Positions 26,728 to 36,854 of a stretch of DNA of 64,000 bases are shown piece after piece. The position numbers were made by a program, and so were the translations under genes. The notes under the pieces are model-generated. The model searched no databases. It was not told the DNA's origin and worked only from the letters and a program-made list of their open reading frames with translations. This DNA comes from Candidatus Gottesmanbacteria bacterium RIFCSPLOWO2_01_FULL_42_22 (GTDB lineage Bacteria > Patescibacteriota > Microgenomatia > 2-02-FULL-39-11). The stretch lies in NCBI GenBank assembly GCA_001779315.1, contig MFJU01000042.1, positions 747 through 64,746 on the forward strand, read 5' to 3'. Each line of letters starts with the position of its first letter. Positions within the stretch are counted from its first letter, which is position 1.

Positions 26728-27413
26728 TGAAATTCATTTATTTGGAGATTTTGTTCCTTTCAGGTGTAATTATCCACGGTTTATATTTTTTCGGACCGCC
26801 GATTTTATCCCTTTTATGTTTTACTTATATTTTCTCGACCGTTGCCGAACTTATAAGTCTTAAAACTCCAATATCTTGTTTCGGAGTTAAATACAGATAT
26901 AACCTGGTTCACCCCCTCTTTGCTTCAAAGATTTTTCTTTTGGGAGTCTATCCGCTGGAGGTTTCATTCGCCTGGGTAATCCTAAAATATATTTCATTTT
27001 GCCTGGGCATATTAATTGTTTCAGCTTTCTCTTTACCTATAATTGCGGAAATAGTGTTGGTACCGCTTATTTTGGTTTCCATGGATTTTATTCTCGATCC
27101 GGTTGCCGTAAATTATGATAAGCTCTGGCATTGGGAAAAAGGCAGCTTTTATTTCGGAATTCCACTGAGGAATTTTCTCGGCTGGTATCTGGTCGGTTTA
27201 TTATCAACTCTGCTTTTTGTTTTCACCGTTAAAAGCCGGCCGTTATCCTTCAATATATTTTATTTGCTGCCGATTATTGCTTATGCTTTCATTTTAGATA
27301 ACGTCCCAAAACTCTACAGAAGGAACAAATTCCTGACCGTAATCGGAGTGTCCCCGGCTGTTGCATGGATCATCTTGAGCACAGTCGGTTTAATTATTAT
27401 GGTATATTATTAA
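26724..27413 (+). CDS. polytopic membrane protein (DUF422/carotenoid-biosynthesis-membrane-protein-like?)
   Basis: 6-7 predicted TM helices; start overlaps the upstream stop. Confidence 0.4.
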   Translation: MMKFIYLEILFLSGVIIHGLYFFGPPILSLLCFTYIFSTVAELISLKTPISCFGVKYRYNLVHPLFASKIFLLGVYPLEVSFAWVILKYISFCLGILIVSAFSLPIIAEIVLVPLILVSMDFILDPVAVNYDKLWHWEKGSFYFGIPLRNFLGWYLVGLLSTLLFVFTVKSRPLSFNIFYLLPIIAYAFILDNVPKLYRRNKFLTVIGVSPAVAWIILSTVGLIIMVYY

Positions 27414-27416
27414 AGT

Positions 27417-27587
27417 ATGAAGCATTATATTTGTACCGGAGGATGCCGGGGTGTGGCTGAGATACCCGGAACTTGCCAGACAGAAGGGTGCCCCAAGCAT
27501 AAACAACCTTTGATGGTTTGCGATTGCCGGGACGATAAACATCAGGAAGTATACACACGGGAAAAATCGGTAGAGGATCATGAATGA
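27417..27587 (+). CDS. small Cys/His-rich protein (putative metal-binding)
   Basis: 56 codons, MKHYICTGGCRGVAEIPGTCQTEGCPKHKQPLMVCDCRDDKHQ, with 7 Cys and 4 His; stop overlaps the cupin start. Below the track's 60-aa cutoff. Confidence 0.35.
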   Translation: MKHYICTGGCRGVAEIPGTCQTEGCPKHKQPLMVCDCRDDKHQEVYTREKSVEDHE

Positions 27588-27894
27588 TCTTATCACTCCT
27601 TCGCTAATCTCGGATTTGGTGAAATACCAGGAAGGTTCTGTGGTCAGCCGGGAAGTAATCAAAAAACCGGGAGGGACATTCACTCTTTTCGCTTTTGACC
27701 AGGGACAGGGTTTAAGCGAGCACAGGACTCCATATGACGCCCTTGTCATTCTTTTGGCTGGGGAAGCAGAGATTACTGTTTCAGGTAAAGCCAATTTGGT
27801 TAAAGAAGGCCAAATTCTGATGATGCCTGCTAATCATCCCCACAGCCTGAAAGCAGTAAAAAAATTTAAAATGGGTTTGATGATGATAAAGTAG
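27580..27894 (+). CDS. cupin domain protein
   Basis: Cupin-like GQGLSEH...ANHPHSL metal-binding-type motifs. Confidence 0.55.
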   Translation: MNDLITPSLISDLVKYQEGSVVSREVIKKPGGTFTLFAFDQGQGLSEHRTPYDALVILLAGEAEITVSGKANLVKEGQILMMPANHPHSLKAVKKFKMGLMMIK

Positions 27895-27910
27895 GAGGAG
27901 GTGAGAGTAA

Positions 27911-28336
27911 ATGAATTTAATGATTAAAAGGGCATTATTGGCAGGCACTGCTAATTTAATCCTGGGTTTTGTCCTCAATTGGATTTTCGCTATAATTTTT
28001 CCTTCAATCACCCGGGAATATATGACCGGCAGTTTATTCCGTCCATGGACAGACCCGTTAATGACTGTTTATTTTTTATATCCGTATATTTTGGGTTTCT
28101 CAATGGCATATTTTTGGCCGATAATCGAGAAAAATTTAAAAGGCAAAGACGTACTTTCCAAAGCAGGAGAGTTTGCCAAACTGTATTTTATCATAGCTAC
28201 AGTTCCGGGCATGTTCATTACTTATACCAGCTTTAACATTTCTCTTTTGATGGTTTGCGTATGGGCATTAACCGGTTTTCTGCAGGCATTTCTGTACGGT
28301 CTCGTTTTTTTCAAAGTGAATAAAAAAATCCGATAA
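27911..28336 (+). CDS. membrane protein
   Basis: 141 aa, 4 predicted TM helices; Shine-Dalgarno GGAGGAGG upstream. Confidence 0.4.
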   Translation: MNLMIKRALLAGTANLILGFVLNWIFAIIFPSITREYMTGSLFRPWTDPLMTVYFLYPYILGFSMAYFWPIIEKNLKGKDVLSKAGEFAKLYFIIATVPGMFITYTSFNISLLMVCVWALTGFLQAFLYGLVFFKVNKKIR

Positions 28337-29197
28337 ATGCGGCAGAATAAAAAATTATTTTTCATCATATCAGTACTTTTACTGCTGATTGCAGCGGTCG
28401 TTCTTGTTAAAGCAGAAGTGTTTTTCAAGAGGAACCTGTCAGAAAAACCGCATGTTTTAGGATTTTTGAATCAATATCTTTCTCCGACTCCAGAACCGAC
28501 CTCTACTCCGGTTCCTTTTTCAATAAGTTTGATAAACGGGCCGAAAGAAATTTTTGAAGACGAAACAGCCACCTTCACCTGGGCTGTAAACGGGTTGCCG
28601 GCAACCATAAAGACGACATCAGTTTATTTCGGTCCCAAGAGCATCCCCGATTTATTAGTCACAGGTATATCACCTGATAATACTGAATACAGCGATTATG
28701 TAAAAGAATTTATTGACGGGCAATATAAAATACCCTTAACTTTTGTCGGTAATGCCGCCAATTTCCTGCCCGGTTTCTATTTTTACCGTTCATATGCTAA
28801 TATCAACGGCAGGCATTTTTGGAGTGAAGAAAAAACTTTTACGGTTAAAAGGGTATTGGAGAATGAAATTAAGGTGGTTGATTTTCCCGAAAAAGTCCGC
28901 CTTCATGAAAACGCCGCTTTTACCTGGGAGATAAGCGGACCCAAAAACAAGACTTCGTACACTGTTATAGCAGGAGGCAAGGAATCAAAGGGAGGCAGGT
29001 TGGCATCAGCCATTGATATACAGGCCACTCCTTATAAGGTTTTGGTATCGGAATTTATCCATATTGAAAATGACGTTCCTTTAAGGTTTATCGGCAATAC
29101 CGCTTTTTCCCAGGCAGGCATCTTTTATTTCCGGGCGCTGGCTGTTATCAATAACAAAAATATCTGGTCGGATGAATATTCCCTGACTGTCGAATAA
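28337..29197 (+). CDS. secreted protein with internal tandem ~95-aa duplication
   Basis: Signal/TM N-terminus; two repeats FTW..NG...Y.VL...FI......PL.F.GN.A....G.FYFR. Confidence 0.4.
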   Translation: MRQNKKLFFIISVLLLLIAAVVLVKAEVFFKRNLSEKPHVLGFLNQYLSPTPEPTSTPVPFSISLINGPKEIFEDETATFTWAVNGLPATIKTTSVYFGPKSIPDLLVTGISPDNTEYSDYVKEFIDGQYKIPLTFVGNAANFLPGFYFYRSYANINGRHFWSEEKTFTVKRVLENEIKVVDFPEKVRLHENAAFTWEISGPKNKTSYTVIAGGKESKGGRLASAIDIQATPYKVLVSEFIHIENDVPLRFIGNTAFSQAGIFYFRALAVINNKNIWSDEYSLTVE

Positions 29198-29202
29198 TTT
29201 AG

Positions 29203-29607
29203 ATGGAAAAAATAAATATTATTATTCTTTCAATTACCTGTTTTTTCTTCAGCCTGTTAGTCATCAGCGCTTTAATAATCGGCCGGGCGGTGAAGAATCA
29301 ATGTCATGAGGCAATAAAGTTAAACAGCGGCGATTGCGTCAGCGCTTTAATAAAGGTTTTAAATGATGACAGCAACAGCTTCAGGGAAAGAAATTCAGCT
29401 GTCTGGGCTATGGGTCAGTTGGGAGACAGGAAAGCTCTGTCTTATTTACGGCAATATTACAGCGGAAATATTCCCAAGAGGGAATCTTTGGATAAAGGAT
29501 TAAGCCAATATGAGTTGAAAAAAGCCATCAATCTTGCCTCAGGGGGCATCAATATCACCTCCATATTCTGGAGAAACTCATTTTTTCTTAAAACCACTGA
29601 AAGATGA
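29203..29607 (+). CDS. HEAT/PBS-lyase-like repeat protein with N-terminal TM
   Basis: ALIKVLNDDSNSFRERNSAVWAMGQLGD repeat. Confidence 0.45.
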   Translation: MEKINIIILSITCFFFSLLVISALIIGRAVKNQCHEAIKLNSGDCVSALIKVLNDDSNSFRERNSAVWAMGQLGDRKALSYLRQYYSGNIPKRESLDKGLSQYELKKAINLASGGINITSIFWRNSFFLKTTER

Positions 29608-30284
29608 AAAAAATCAGTTGTATCATCCCTTTTTATAACGAATCATACAAACCTATTCATGTGGTGGAATCGGTGATGAAACTTAAACCCATGCCTCAAA
29701 TCATTGCCGTGGATGACGGCTCTGAGAATCAGTTTACTTACAAAAAACTTCTGCAGAAATTTCCGGATATTATTATCAGGAGAATTTCCGAAAATAAAGG
29801 AAAAGCTTATGCTGTAAGGTTTGGTTCGACTTTCGCAAAACGTGACTATGTTCTTTTACTCGACGGGGATTTAATCGATATTAAAGTTCGGGATCTGACT
29901 AAAGCTATAAGAAAGATCATGAAAAATCCGGATATCGACATGATTATTCTGCGCAGGGTAGCGGATAAAACAGCTGCTATTATTCCATGGCTGAGGGACG
30001 ATATTGTTCTTTCCGGCCAAAGAATATTAAAAACCGAAGATTTAAGAGAAGTTTTTGACAGGAAAATCGACGGCTATAAACTGGAATCTTATATTAACAG
30101 ATATATGATGGAAAAAAAGAAAAAAGTCTTCTGGATGCCCTTTTCCGTGCAAAATATCCATAAACAGCATAAATGGGGTTATTGGGAAGGAATGAAAATC
30201 GGCATTCCCGGATTTATCCAATATATGTTTTCTTTCACTATGGTCCGGCAGATTTTGTATTTCTGCAAGGAGGAAGCCGTTTAA
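29604..30284 (+). CDS. family 2 glycosyltransferase (paralog of 4001-4699)
   Basis: ISCIIPFYNE...IIAVDDGS...LLLDGDL; same architecture and length as the cassette-region GT2. Confidence 0.65.
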   Translation: MKKISCIIPFYNESYKPIHVVESVMKLKPMPQIIAVDDGSENQFTYKKLLQKFPDIIIRRISENKGKAYAVRFGSTFAKRDYVLLLDGDLIDIKVRDLTKAIRKIMKNPDIDMIILRRVADKTAAIIPWLRDDIVLSGQRILKTEDLREVFDRKIDGYKLESYINRYMMEKKKKVFWMPFSVQNIHKQHKWGYWEGMKIGIPGFIQYMFSFTMVRQILYFCKEEAV

Positions 30285-30448
30285 TTAGCAACCATGATTG
30301 ATGAAAGATTTATTATTGTCGGAGTTTTTTTAAGCCTGGTCGGGGGCTTGAATTTCCAGCATTATGCTTTTCCTGTTTATATACTGCTGCTTTGCCTTGT
30401 ATTGTATATTCTGGTCAGATTCAAAATCGGCAAAAGAAATCAGCGCTA

Positions 30449-32413
30449 ATGAATAGGCTTCATCCCCCGCCACGATTAAGTGTTTTGGATGGTTTGAAAG
30501 GCATTGCCATTTTGGCTGTGATGTTGACCCACATGCCTTTGGCTGTTTGGTATCAATCCACCCCTGATTTTTTTCACCGTTTTTTGAGGGTGGCAATCGG
30601 CGGAGGCGGAGTCGGGGTGACGATTTTTTTTATCATCAGCGGCTTTCTGATGGGATTGAGATATCCCGGGCAAGTTTCTGTTTTTGGATTTATATCCCGC
30701 AGATACAACAGACTTTTTCCGCCGTTTTTAGTGATAGTTTTGAGTTTTACTTTACTTCGTTTCAGCGGTTATCGCTATCCGTATTTACCAATACTGACCG
30801 TCTTTTTTTCAGCCTTTATTGTAAACAGAATTTTGGCGGGAATTGATAGGAAGCGAAACGGGTGCCACCTGTTTACAAAAATAATATTAGTATTGCAGAC
30901 AGCTGCAGCTTTAAGTTATGTATTTTTTCTAACAAAAATTCCCTCCGCGGTTTATTATGAAATTTGGCCAAAATATCTTCAAACCCTGATCAGTTTTCTG
31001 GTGAATGCTACTCTGACATTGCCCTTCGGCCAATATATCGGACAGCTCGACGGGATATATTGGGCTTTAGCTTTGGAAGTTTTATTCTATCTGCTTTATC
31101 CGGTTTTAATAATCCCGTTATATCCATCGCTCGGAAAAGCCTCAAAAATCCTTAAAGTGGTTTTACTTTTGAGTTTATTCCCTTTTTTCATCGGCCTTAA
31201 TCTTGCTACTGAGAGGATTTTGGGATTCGGCATGCTCCGGCTGCATTTGTTTATTTATTTCATCGCAGGTTTGCTTATCAGCCGGAATTTCAACCAGATA
31301 AGGAAAAAAACCGCGGGAATCAGAAATTTATTGATCAATCCCGCGGTGTTCGGCATGGCTTTAATATTATTGTTCAGTCCCGTCATCTTCCAGGACTTTA
31401 TTCCGGAATCTGTCAGCGTACAGGTCCAAACAATGATGGTAATACCTGCTGCTTTAGTCTTGATCTTGGCCATAGAGGGGGGAAATAAGATATTGAAAGC
31501 TCCCGCCCTGACTTTTTTGGGAAAATACAGCTATGTCCTTTTTTTGGTCCACTCACTGGTTATTCAGACTGTCTTGCGTTTTATCACGCCGGATAATCCT
31601 GTATCGGCTGCCAAAATATTACTGTTATCCCTGGGAGGGTCCGTTTTGCTTGCCTATTGCCTGCATATACTGACCGAACGGAGGTATTTTATAGGAACTG
31701 CTGTTTCTGCTCCATTGACAGTCGGAGGAAAAAAGATCTATTCAGCTAAAGTTACCACCGCGATATTTTCGGTAAGCGTTTTGCTACTGTTATACCTTGC
31801 CTTCAAACCGCCGGTTTCTTTATTTACTTTTGTGATACGTCACTCACAACAATCTATTTTACCCGCCACAAGAGATATCTCCGTAATTCTGACAGACCGG
31901 CCGCTTGAAATGAATTTTCTTTCCGGAGAAAGTAATATGGGTATGATTCTGACCCATTTGAAAAATGAAAAAATTCCTGGAATAACCGGAGGATTCGTTC
32001 CCTTCAGATTGAAAATGAAGTTGTTAAATGAAGATCATCAGCTGATATCCGAGAGCATCTTTAATGCATATGAAATTATTGACAGCCGCTATCATCCTTT
32101 TGGATTTCCCATACAATTTGATTCCGAAGGCAAAACATATGCTGTTCAATTTCAATTGACTGAAAATAGTCCTTCTCAGCGTATCAGACTTATTTCCGAT
32201 GAAGCTGATTTGCTCTCCATATATTTTGCCGACCGGAAAATTCTTTTTCATTATCCTCTTCTTCTGGCGACTTGGTTTATGCATAAATTGAGAGAGCCGA
32301 TGACTAATATAAAATTCTGGTTTACCCTGATACATCTACTGCCTTTTTTAACTGTTTTAATTTACCGGAACTTATTATCCATTTCTTACAAAAGCCGGTT
32401 GAGAGGTTTTTGA
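30449..32413 (+). CDS. acyltransferase family 3 (OatA-like) membrane protein with ~290-aa C-terminal domain of unknown function
   Basis: About 10 TM helices and LDGLKGIAILAVML N-terminus. Start at Met 30449 preferred over the track's 30392. Confidence 0.6.
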   Translation: MNRLHPPPRLSVLDGLKGIAILAVMLTHMPLAVWYQSTPDFFHRFLRVAIGGGGVGVTIFFIISGFLMGLRYPGQVSVFGFISRRYNRLFPPFLVIVLSFTLLRFSGYRYPYLPILTVFFSAFIVNRILAGIDRKRNGCHLFTKIILVLQTAAALSYVFFLTKIPSAVYYEIWPKYLQTLISFLVNATLTLPFGQYIGQLDGIYWALALEVLFYLLYPVLIIPLYPSLGKASKILKVVLLLSLFPFFIGLNLATERILGFGMLRLHLFIYFIAGLLISRNFNQIRKKTAGIRNLLINPAVFGMALILLFSPVIFQDFIPESVSVQVQTMMVIPAALVLILAIEGGNKILKAPALTFLGKYSYVLFLVHSLVIQTVLRFITPDNPVSAAKILLLSLGGSVLLAYCLHILTERRYFIGTAVSAPLTVGGKKIYSAKVTTAIFSVSVLLLLYLAFKPPVSLFTFVIRHSQQSILPATRDISVILTDRPLEMNFLSGESNMGMILTHLKNEKIPGITGGFVPFRLKMKLLNEDHQLISESIFNAYEIIDSRYHPFGFPIQFDSEGKTYAVQFQLTENSPSQRIRLISDEADLLSIYFADRKILFHYPLLLATWFMHKLREPMTNIKFWFTLIHLLPFLTVLIYRNLLSISYKSRLRGF

Positions 32414-33600
32414 AACCGGAAATTACGGATAGCCCAATAGGCCATAAAGATCCACAATAAGACTGAACTTGTATCTTTCAGCCAAAGAGGCAGGGCCGGC
32501 GGCTGGTAGTGAAAATTAAAAATATAAGCGGAATTAAGGATAGTAAAAAGTCCTACGGCAAGGAAAAATTCCTTTTTAAGGACAGTTTTATTGATCAATA
32601 TTAACGGCAGTATCCAGACAAAATAATGGATGGAGAGCCCGAATGAAAAAAGATAAAGGGCCAAGATAAGCCATTGGGTAGTCAGGAAGATATTTTTATT
32701 TTTAAAGCGGCTGAAGATAAAAAAAAGAATTCCCAGGGTGAAAATTTTGGAAAAAAAAGCCGGTACAGTCAGTATTTTCCGATGATAAGTGATTTGAGCC
32801 AGATGAAAAAAAATAACCGAAGGCCCCCACCAGCCGATTGAACTTTCATAAAGTATAATCGCCAAAACCATCGTTGCGAGATTTGAAGCGGGAATCAGCA
32901 GTTTATAAAAAAGGGAAACAGCCAGCGGTACCGTCAATGCCAGTACCAATAATTTTTCACCTTCCCGCCGATTGGGGGCTTTAAAAAGAATTAATGGTGT
33001 GAAAATAAGCGGCCAGGGTTTAAATGCAACGCCGATGCCAAGCAGTAAAGCGCTGAATGGGAGTGAGTTTTGATTTGCCAGATATAAAGATGACATAGTA
33101 AAGAACAGGGGGATGGCATCAAATTGTCCGGATATTGAGGAGATTACGCTTATCGGGGAAAGGGCATAGAGGAGACCCCCCTTGAGATTGCGGCTGACTT
33201 TGGCGATGATAAGGGGAATAAGCGAATCAAAAACAGAAGCTGACAATTTGAAGAAAACGACAGGATCCAAGCGGCTTAATTTTAAAAAAAGGGCGGTTAT
33301 CATACCGAATGTCGGCAAGAAAGCATAATATTCCCTTACATTGAGACTCCAATAGATGTCCTGTCCGTTTTTAATTTTTTCTGCCGCCCATAGAAAAGCT
33401 TTCACATCATAGCCGACGGCAAACGGAAATACGGCTATTATCAGAAATCTTACGAATATACTTATAGTGGATAACAGAATCAGATTTCGTCCGGAAGTTT
33501 TGATATCGGGTAAAAAAATAAAACTCAGATAATTTACCAAAAGCAAAATCAAACACCAGCCTAAAAAAATATAGAAATTTGCATTGGTCGGATTCAGCAT
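32386..33600 (-). CDS. polytopic membrane protein, putative GT-C-fold glycosyltransferase (DUF2029-like)
   Basis: About 11 TM helices; convergent with and overlapping the acyltransferase gene. Confidence 0.4.
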   Translation of the reverse strand: MLNPTNANFYIFLGWCLILLLVNYLSFIFLPDIKTSGRNLILLSTISIFVRFLIIAVFPFAVGYDVKAFLWAAEKIKNGQDIYWSLNVREYYAFLPTFGMITALFLKLSRLDPVVFFKLSASVFDSLIPLIIAKVSRNLKGGLLYALSPISVISSISGQFDAIPLFFTMSSLYLANQNSLPFSALLLGIGVAFKPWPLIFTPLILFKAPNRREGEKLLVLALTVPLAVSLFYKLLIPASNLATMVLAIILYESSIGWWGPSVIFFHLAQITYHRKILTVPAFFSKIFTLGILFFIFSRFKNKNIFLTTQWLILALYLFSFGLSIHYFVWILPLILINKTVLKKEFFLAVGLFTILNSAYIFNFHYQPPALPLWLKDTSSVLLWIFMAYWAIRNFRFQKPLNRLL

Positions 33601-33964
33601 CTATTTATATTATCCCGCCACGATTACCCCGAAAGCAACCTCATTTTGAAGATAGCTCTGAGGGGAATGCGAGTTAATAGACTGACGGACGGTGGGCAAC
33701 GGAAATAATAATAATTTTTTTGCCTTTGATCTCATAAACATTTCTGTAAGGCCATGAACGCAGAGATCTTAATCCTTCAAGTTCTCCTTTAAGCGGTTTT
33801 CCGATCATGGGATTCTCGGGGAGAAAGCGGTATAGGTTTTCATGTTGAAAATTATACTCATCCTAAACTAGGCGTACGATAATACGTACGAGTTGTCAAT
33901 GGTCGGCATTACGAAAGATAAACACAGATGGAAAAGACGAGCTAAAAGGAGTAACACTTTACTG

Positions 33965-34471
33965 TTATTGGGAACAGTTTGGCCAGGCAGCACGGCCATT
34001 TAAAGCCAGTTTGTACGCCGCGGTCTTTATGGCTTCCTCGGCATTGAAACGCAATGCCGGATTCGTATCAAGGTTCATTATTCTTCTTAAAGATTGCCAG
34101 GAATTTTCCGAAAATTGGAACAAGCCGCCGTAAATTCCGTTTCTGGCTGCCGGGTTAAAGCCTGATTCGCAAACGGCAATTTTTTTCAATAAATCCCGGT
34201 CGACACTTTCCTTTTCGGCATATTTGCTGAAAAAGGCTTCCAAATCTCCGGCGGAAATTCTGTTAGGAGTCGGAGTCACGGTTGCGCTCGGGCGGGGAGT
34301 TGCCGAAGGAACAGGAGTTTCAGTTATAACCGTATATTCGATAACAGACGGAACAGTAGAAATCCGGGTGGGAATGGGAGGGAGAGTTTGACGTTTTAAA
34401 CTTTGTATATTAAGAATCAGTAAACCTAGAGTTAACAGACAAAGTAAAACAAAAATATAAAGTTTAGTCAT
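33965..34471 (-). CDS. Rpf-like transglycosylase (lysozyme-like domain) with N-terminal TM and Pro/Thr linker
   Basis: IAVCESGFNPAARNGIYGGLFQFSENSW motif. Confidence 0.55.
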   Translation of the reverse strand: MTKLYIFVLLCLLTLGLLILNIQSLKRQTLPPIPTRISTVPSVIEYTVITETPVPSATPRPSATVTPTPNRISAGDLEAFFSKYAEKESVDRDLLKKIAVCESGFNPAARNGIYGGLFQFSENSWQSLRRIMNLDTNPALRFNAEEAIKTAAYKLALNGRAAWPNCSQ

Positions 34472-34586
34472 CTTATAATTTAGGAAATATTATACAGGAA
34501 GTCTAATTTCCGTTTTCTCTCTCCCCCAGATGGGTTGATTCCTGCCGGGATAGATTTTTCTGATAACAGACACTAAGATATGAGAT

Positions 34587-35234
34587 ATGGAAAAGAGGCA
34601 GCGGGTGGTAATTTTTGCTGCAGGGCAACTGTATGCGGAATACCTTAAGACCCTAAAAAAGAATGATATCGTTATTGGTGTTGACAGAGCTACACTTTGG
34701 TTAATAAAACACGGGCTGATGCCTAATTACGGTATAGGGGACTTTGATTCAGTAACCTCTACCGAATTAAAAGAAATAAAATTAAAAGTTAAAAATCTCC
34801 TGGAATATCCGCGGGAGAAAGATGCCACAGATTTGGAACTTGCCCTGGACTTTGTTCTAAAAATCAATCCCCAAGATGTTTTAATATACGGGGCAATCGG
34901 CGACCGCTTAGATCAATCGATCGGTTCTGTCTTTCTTCTGGAAAAATTGTTAAAGCATGGAATCAAGGCAGAGATTGCCGACAGAAACAACTCTCTTAGG
35001 CTGATTAAAGAAAGAACTTCTATTAAGCGAAAATATAAGTTTAAATATCTCTCCGTGCTTCCCTTTTCATCAACTGCAGTAGTGAGCGTTTCCGGCTGCC
35101 GCTATAATCTTTTGAGAAAAAAGCTAAATAGAAGAGCGTCTTTAGGGATAAGCAACGAAATAGTAGGAAAAACCGCGGAAGTTGCCGTCCATCAGGGTTT
35201 AGTCCTTCTGATACAAAGCCGGGATTTATCTTAA
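34587..35234 (+). CDS. thiamine pyrophosphokinase
   Basis: GVDRAT...GIGDFDS...DATDLELAL...GAIGDRLDQ motifs. Confidence 0.65.
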   Translation: MEKRQRVVIFAAGQLYAEYLKTLKKNDIVIGVDRATLWLIKHGLMPNYGIGDFDSVTSTELKEIKLKVKNLLEYPREKDATDLELALDFVLKINPQDVLIYGAIGDRLDQSIGSVFLLEKLLKHGIKAEIADRNNSLRLIKERTSIKRKYKFKYLSVLPFSSTAVVSVSGCRYNLLRKKLNRRASLGISNEIVGKTAEVAVHQGLVLLIQSRDLS

Positions 35235-36038
35235 AAACAGCAGAAAAAAGTAGGCGGCTAAAATTATCCTATAGAACCCGAAAACCATAAAAGAATGCCG
35301 GTGCAGAAAATAGAGGAAAAAACGGATGACTGCCAAAGCTACCAGGAAAGAAACTGAAAATCCGGTCAGCAATAATAAAAATTCATTTGCCGTAAAAGTC
35401 CGGCCGTTTTTCATAATATCCAGTCCTGAAGCTGCTGCCATCGTCGGCACTGCCAATATAAATGAAAATTCGGCTGCTGTTTTCCTGTCCAGTCCTAAAA
35501 ACCGTCCGCCGATTATGGTGGCTGCCGCCCGGGAAACTCCCGGCACCATAGAGATTGTTTGAAACAAACCGATAGCCGCCGCCTTTTTTAAGGTTATCGC
35601 CGATAAATTATTAAGAGGCTTTTTCAGATTTCTATCCATCATCTCAATCATTATCATCACCAGACCACCGGCAAACAGCATAACGATTAAAAGCGGTCGA
35701 TTGTCAAAGAAGCTTCTGATATAAGGATAAAGTAGCAGGCCGGTAACAGCGCTGGGTAAAAAACCGATGAGTGACAGCATAAGTATTTTCCTGTCCGTAA
35801 ATTTTCTGAGATATACCGCAACCACAGCTAAAATTGCTCCCAGCTGAATAATAATTTCAAAACTTTTGACAAAAAAGGATTGGCTGATACCCAGAATATA
35901 AGCAGTTAAAATCATATGGGCAGTTGAAGAAACCGGCAGAAATTCTGTTACACCTTCCACAACTGCCAAAACGACGGAATCAAGGAAAGTCATAGATTCA
36001 ATAATAACATCTGAAATTGGGAACAGAAAATAGTACAA
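35226..36038 (-). CDS. uppP: undecaprenyl-diphosphatase
   Basis: EGVTEFLPVSSTAHM signature; 270 aa, polytopic. Confidence 0.8.
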   Translation of the reverse strand: MYYFLFPISDVIIESMTFLDSVVLAVVEGVTEFLPVSSTAHMILTAYILGISQSFFVKSFEIIIQLGAILAVVAVYLRKFTDRKILMLSLIGFLPSAVTGLLLYPYIRSFFDNRPLLIVMLFAGGLVMIMIEMMDRNLKKPLNNLSAITLKKAAAIGLFQTISMVPGVSRAAATIIGGRFLGLDRKTAAEFSFILAVPTMAAASGLDIMKNGRTFTANEFLLLLTGFSVSFLVALAVIRFFLYFLHRHSFMVFGFYRIILAAYFFLLFLR

Positions 36039-36047
36039 TAATTACCG

Positions 36048-36362
36048 ATGCTACTTATTCTGCTGACTGTTATTATTCTTCTTTGGCTGGTTGGTTTTAT
36101 TTCCATACCCACGACCTCATTCTTAACATCTCCTTTTTTTTATCTTAACGGACGCCCGATAGGTCTTTGGGATTTAATAGTTTTTTCCGTTTTAATCTGG
36201 GTGGTCAGTATTTTGCCCCAACCGGTTAAAGGCGGAGTGATACTCCTATTGTTGTTATGGATATTATCCCTGTTGGGAATTCTAGTTTTTAGCGGAATGG
36301 GGAGCGTTCTCCTTTTATTATTGATTGTTGCAGTAATCCTTCACATCTTAGGATTAGTTTGA
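36048..36362 (+). CDS. small membrane protein
   Basis: 104 aa, 3 hydrophobic helices. Confidence 0.3.
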   Translation: MLLILLTVIILLWLVGFISIPTTSFLTSPFFYLNGRPIGLWDLIVFSVLIWVVSILPQPVKGGVILLLLLWILSLLGILVFSGMGSVLLLLLIVAVILHILGLV

Positions 36363-36749
36363 TCGTTTAACCAGATAGACTGCTGTGGTCAGAAAAATTC
36401 CCAAAATGACTGCTATCAAATAAGAAGATATGCCAAAACCCGTCATTGAAGAAAATCTGCCCGTCAGCCAGACACCCGCCGTGTTTACCCCCGCCATCAA
36501 TAATAAGTTAAGCGCTTCTGACTTGTACTTTCTGACTTGAGTTGTCTTTGTGATTAGCAGGCTAAGATATTGGAACATAAGGAATAAAGCTGCTGCTATT
36601 AAAAGTCCGAAATAAAACCTGGTACTATCGTTGCCGACTACAATTTGGTTCGGATAGAGAATTTGACCGAAAAAGATGATAAAAAGATCGGCAACGGCAA
36701 GTAGAAAATACTGCCGGGATGATAAAGAATATTTCTTCAGATTAATCAC
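36354..36749 (-). CDS. membrane protein
   Basis: 131 aa, 4 TM helices; Shine-Dalgarno GGAGG upstream. Confidence 0.3.
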   Translation of the reverse strand: MINLKKYSLSSRQYFLLAVADLFIIFFGQILYPNQIVVGNDSTRFYFGLLIAAALFLMFQYLSLLITKTTQVRKYKSEALNLLLMAGVNTAGVWLTGRFSSMTGFGISSYLIAVILGIFLTTAVYLVKRSN

Positions 36750-36854
36750 CTCCTTTCTATTAATACTTTATCTTCAGTTTATTAAATTTATTTGTATTTT
36801 GGCAACCGGCACATGAAATTGCCTTCAAAAGTTTTTTTCTCTATACTATAGTCC

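Noticed and set aside
27390-27794. 134-aa ORF on the minus strand
   Set aside because: It overlaps and is antisense to a well-supported cupin gene and to the small Cys-rich ORF. It has no recognisable motifs and is likely spurious.
30330-30596. 88-aa minus-strand ORF overlapping the acyltransferase start
   Set aside because: It is antisense to the acyltransferase 5' end and has no support.
33607-33960. Possible riboswitch/ncRNA in the 360-bp interval between the GT-C gene and the Rpf-like gene
   Set aside because: Only weak local palindromes (e.g. CGTACGATAATACGTACG) were seen, with no recognisable riboswitch consensus. I left it unannotated.
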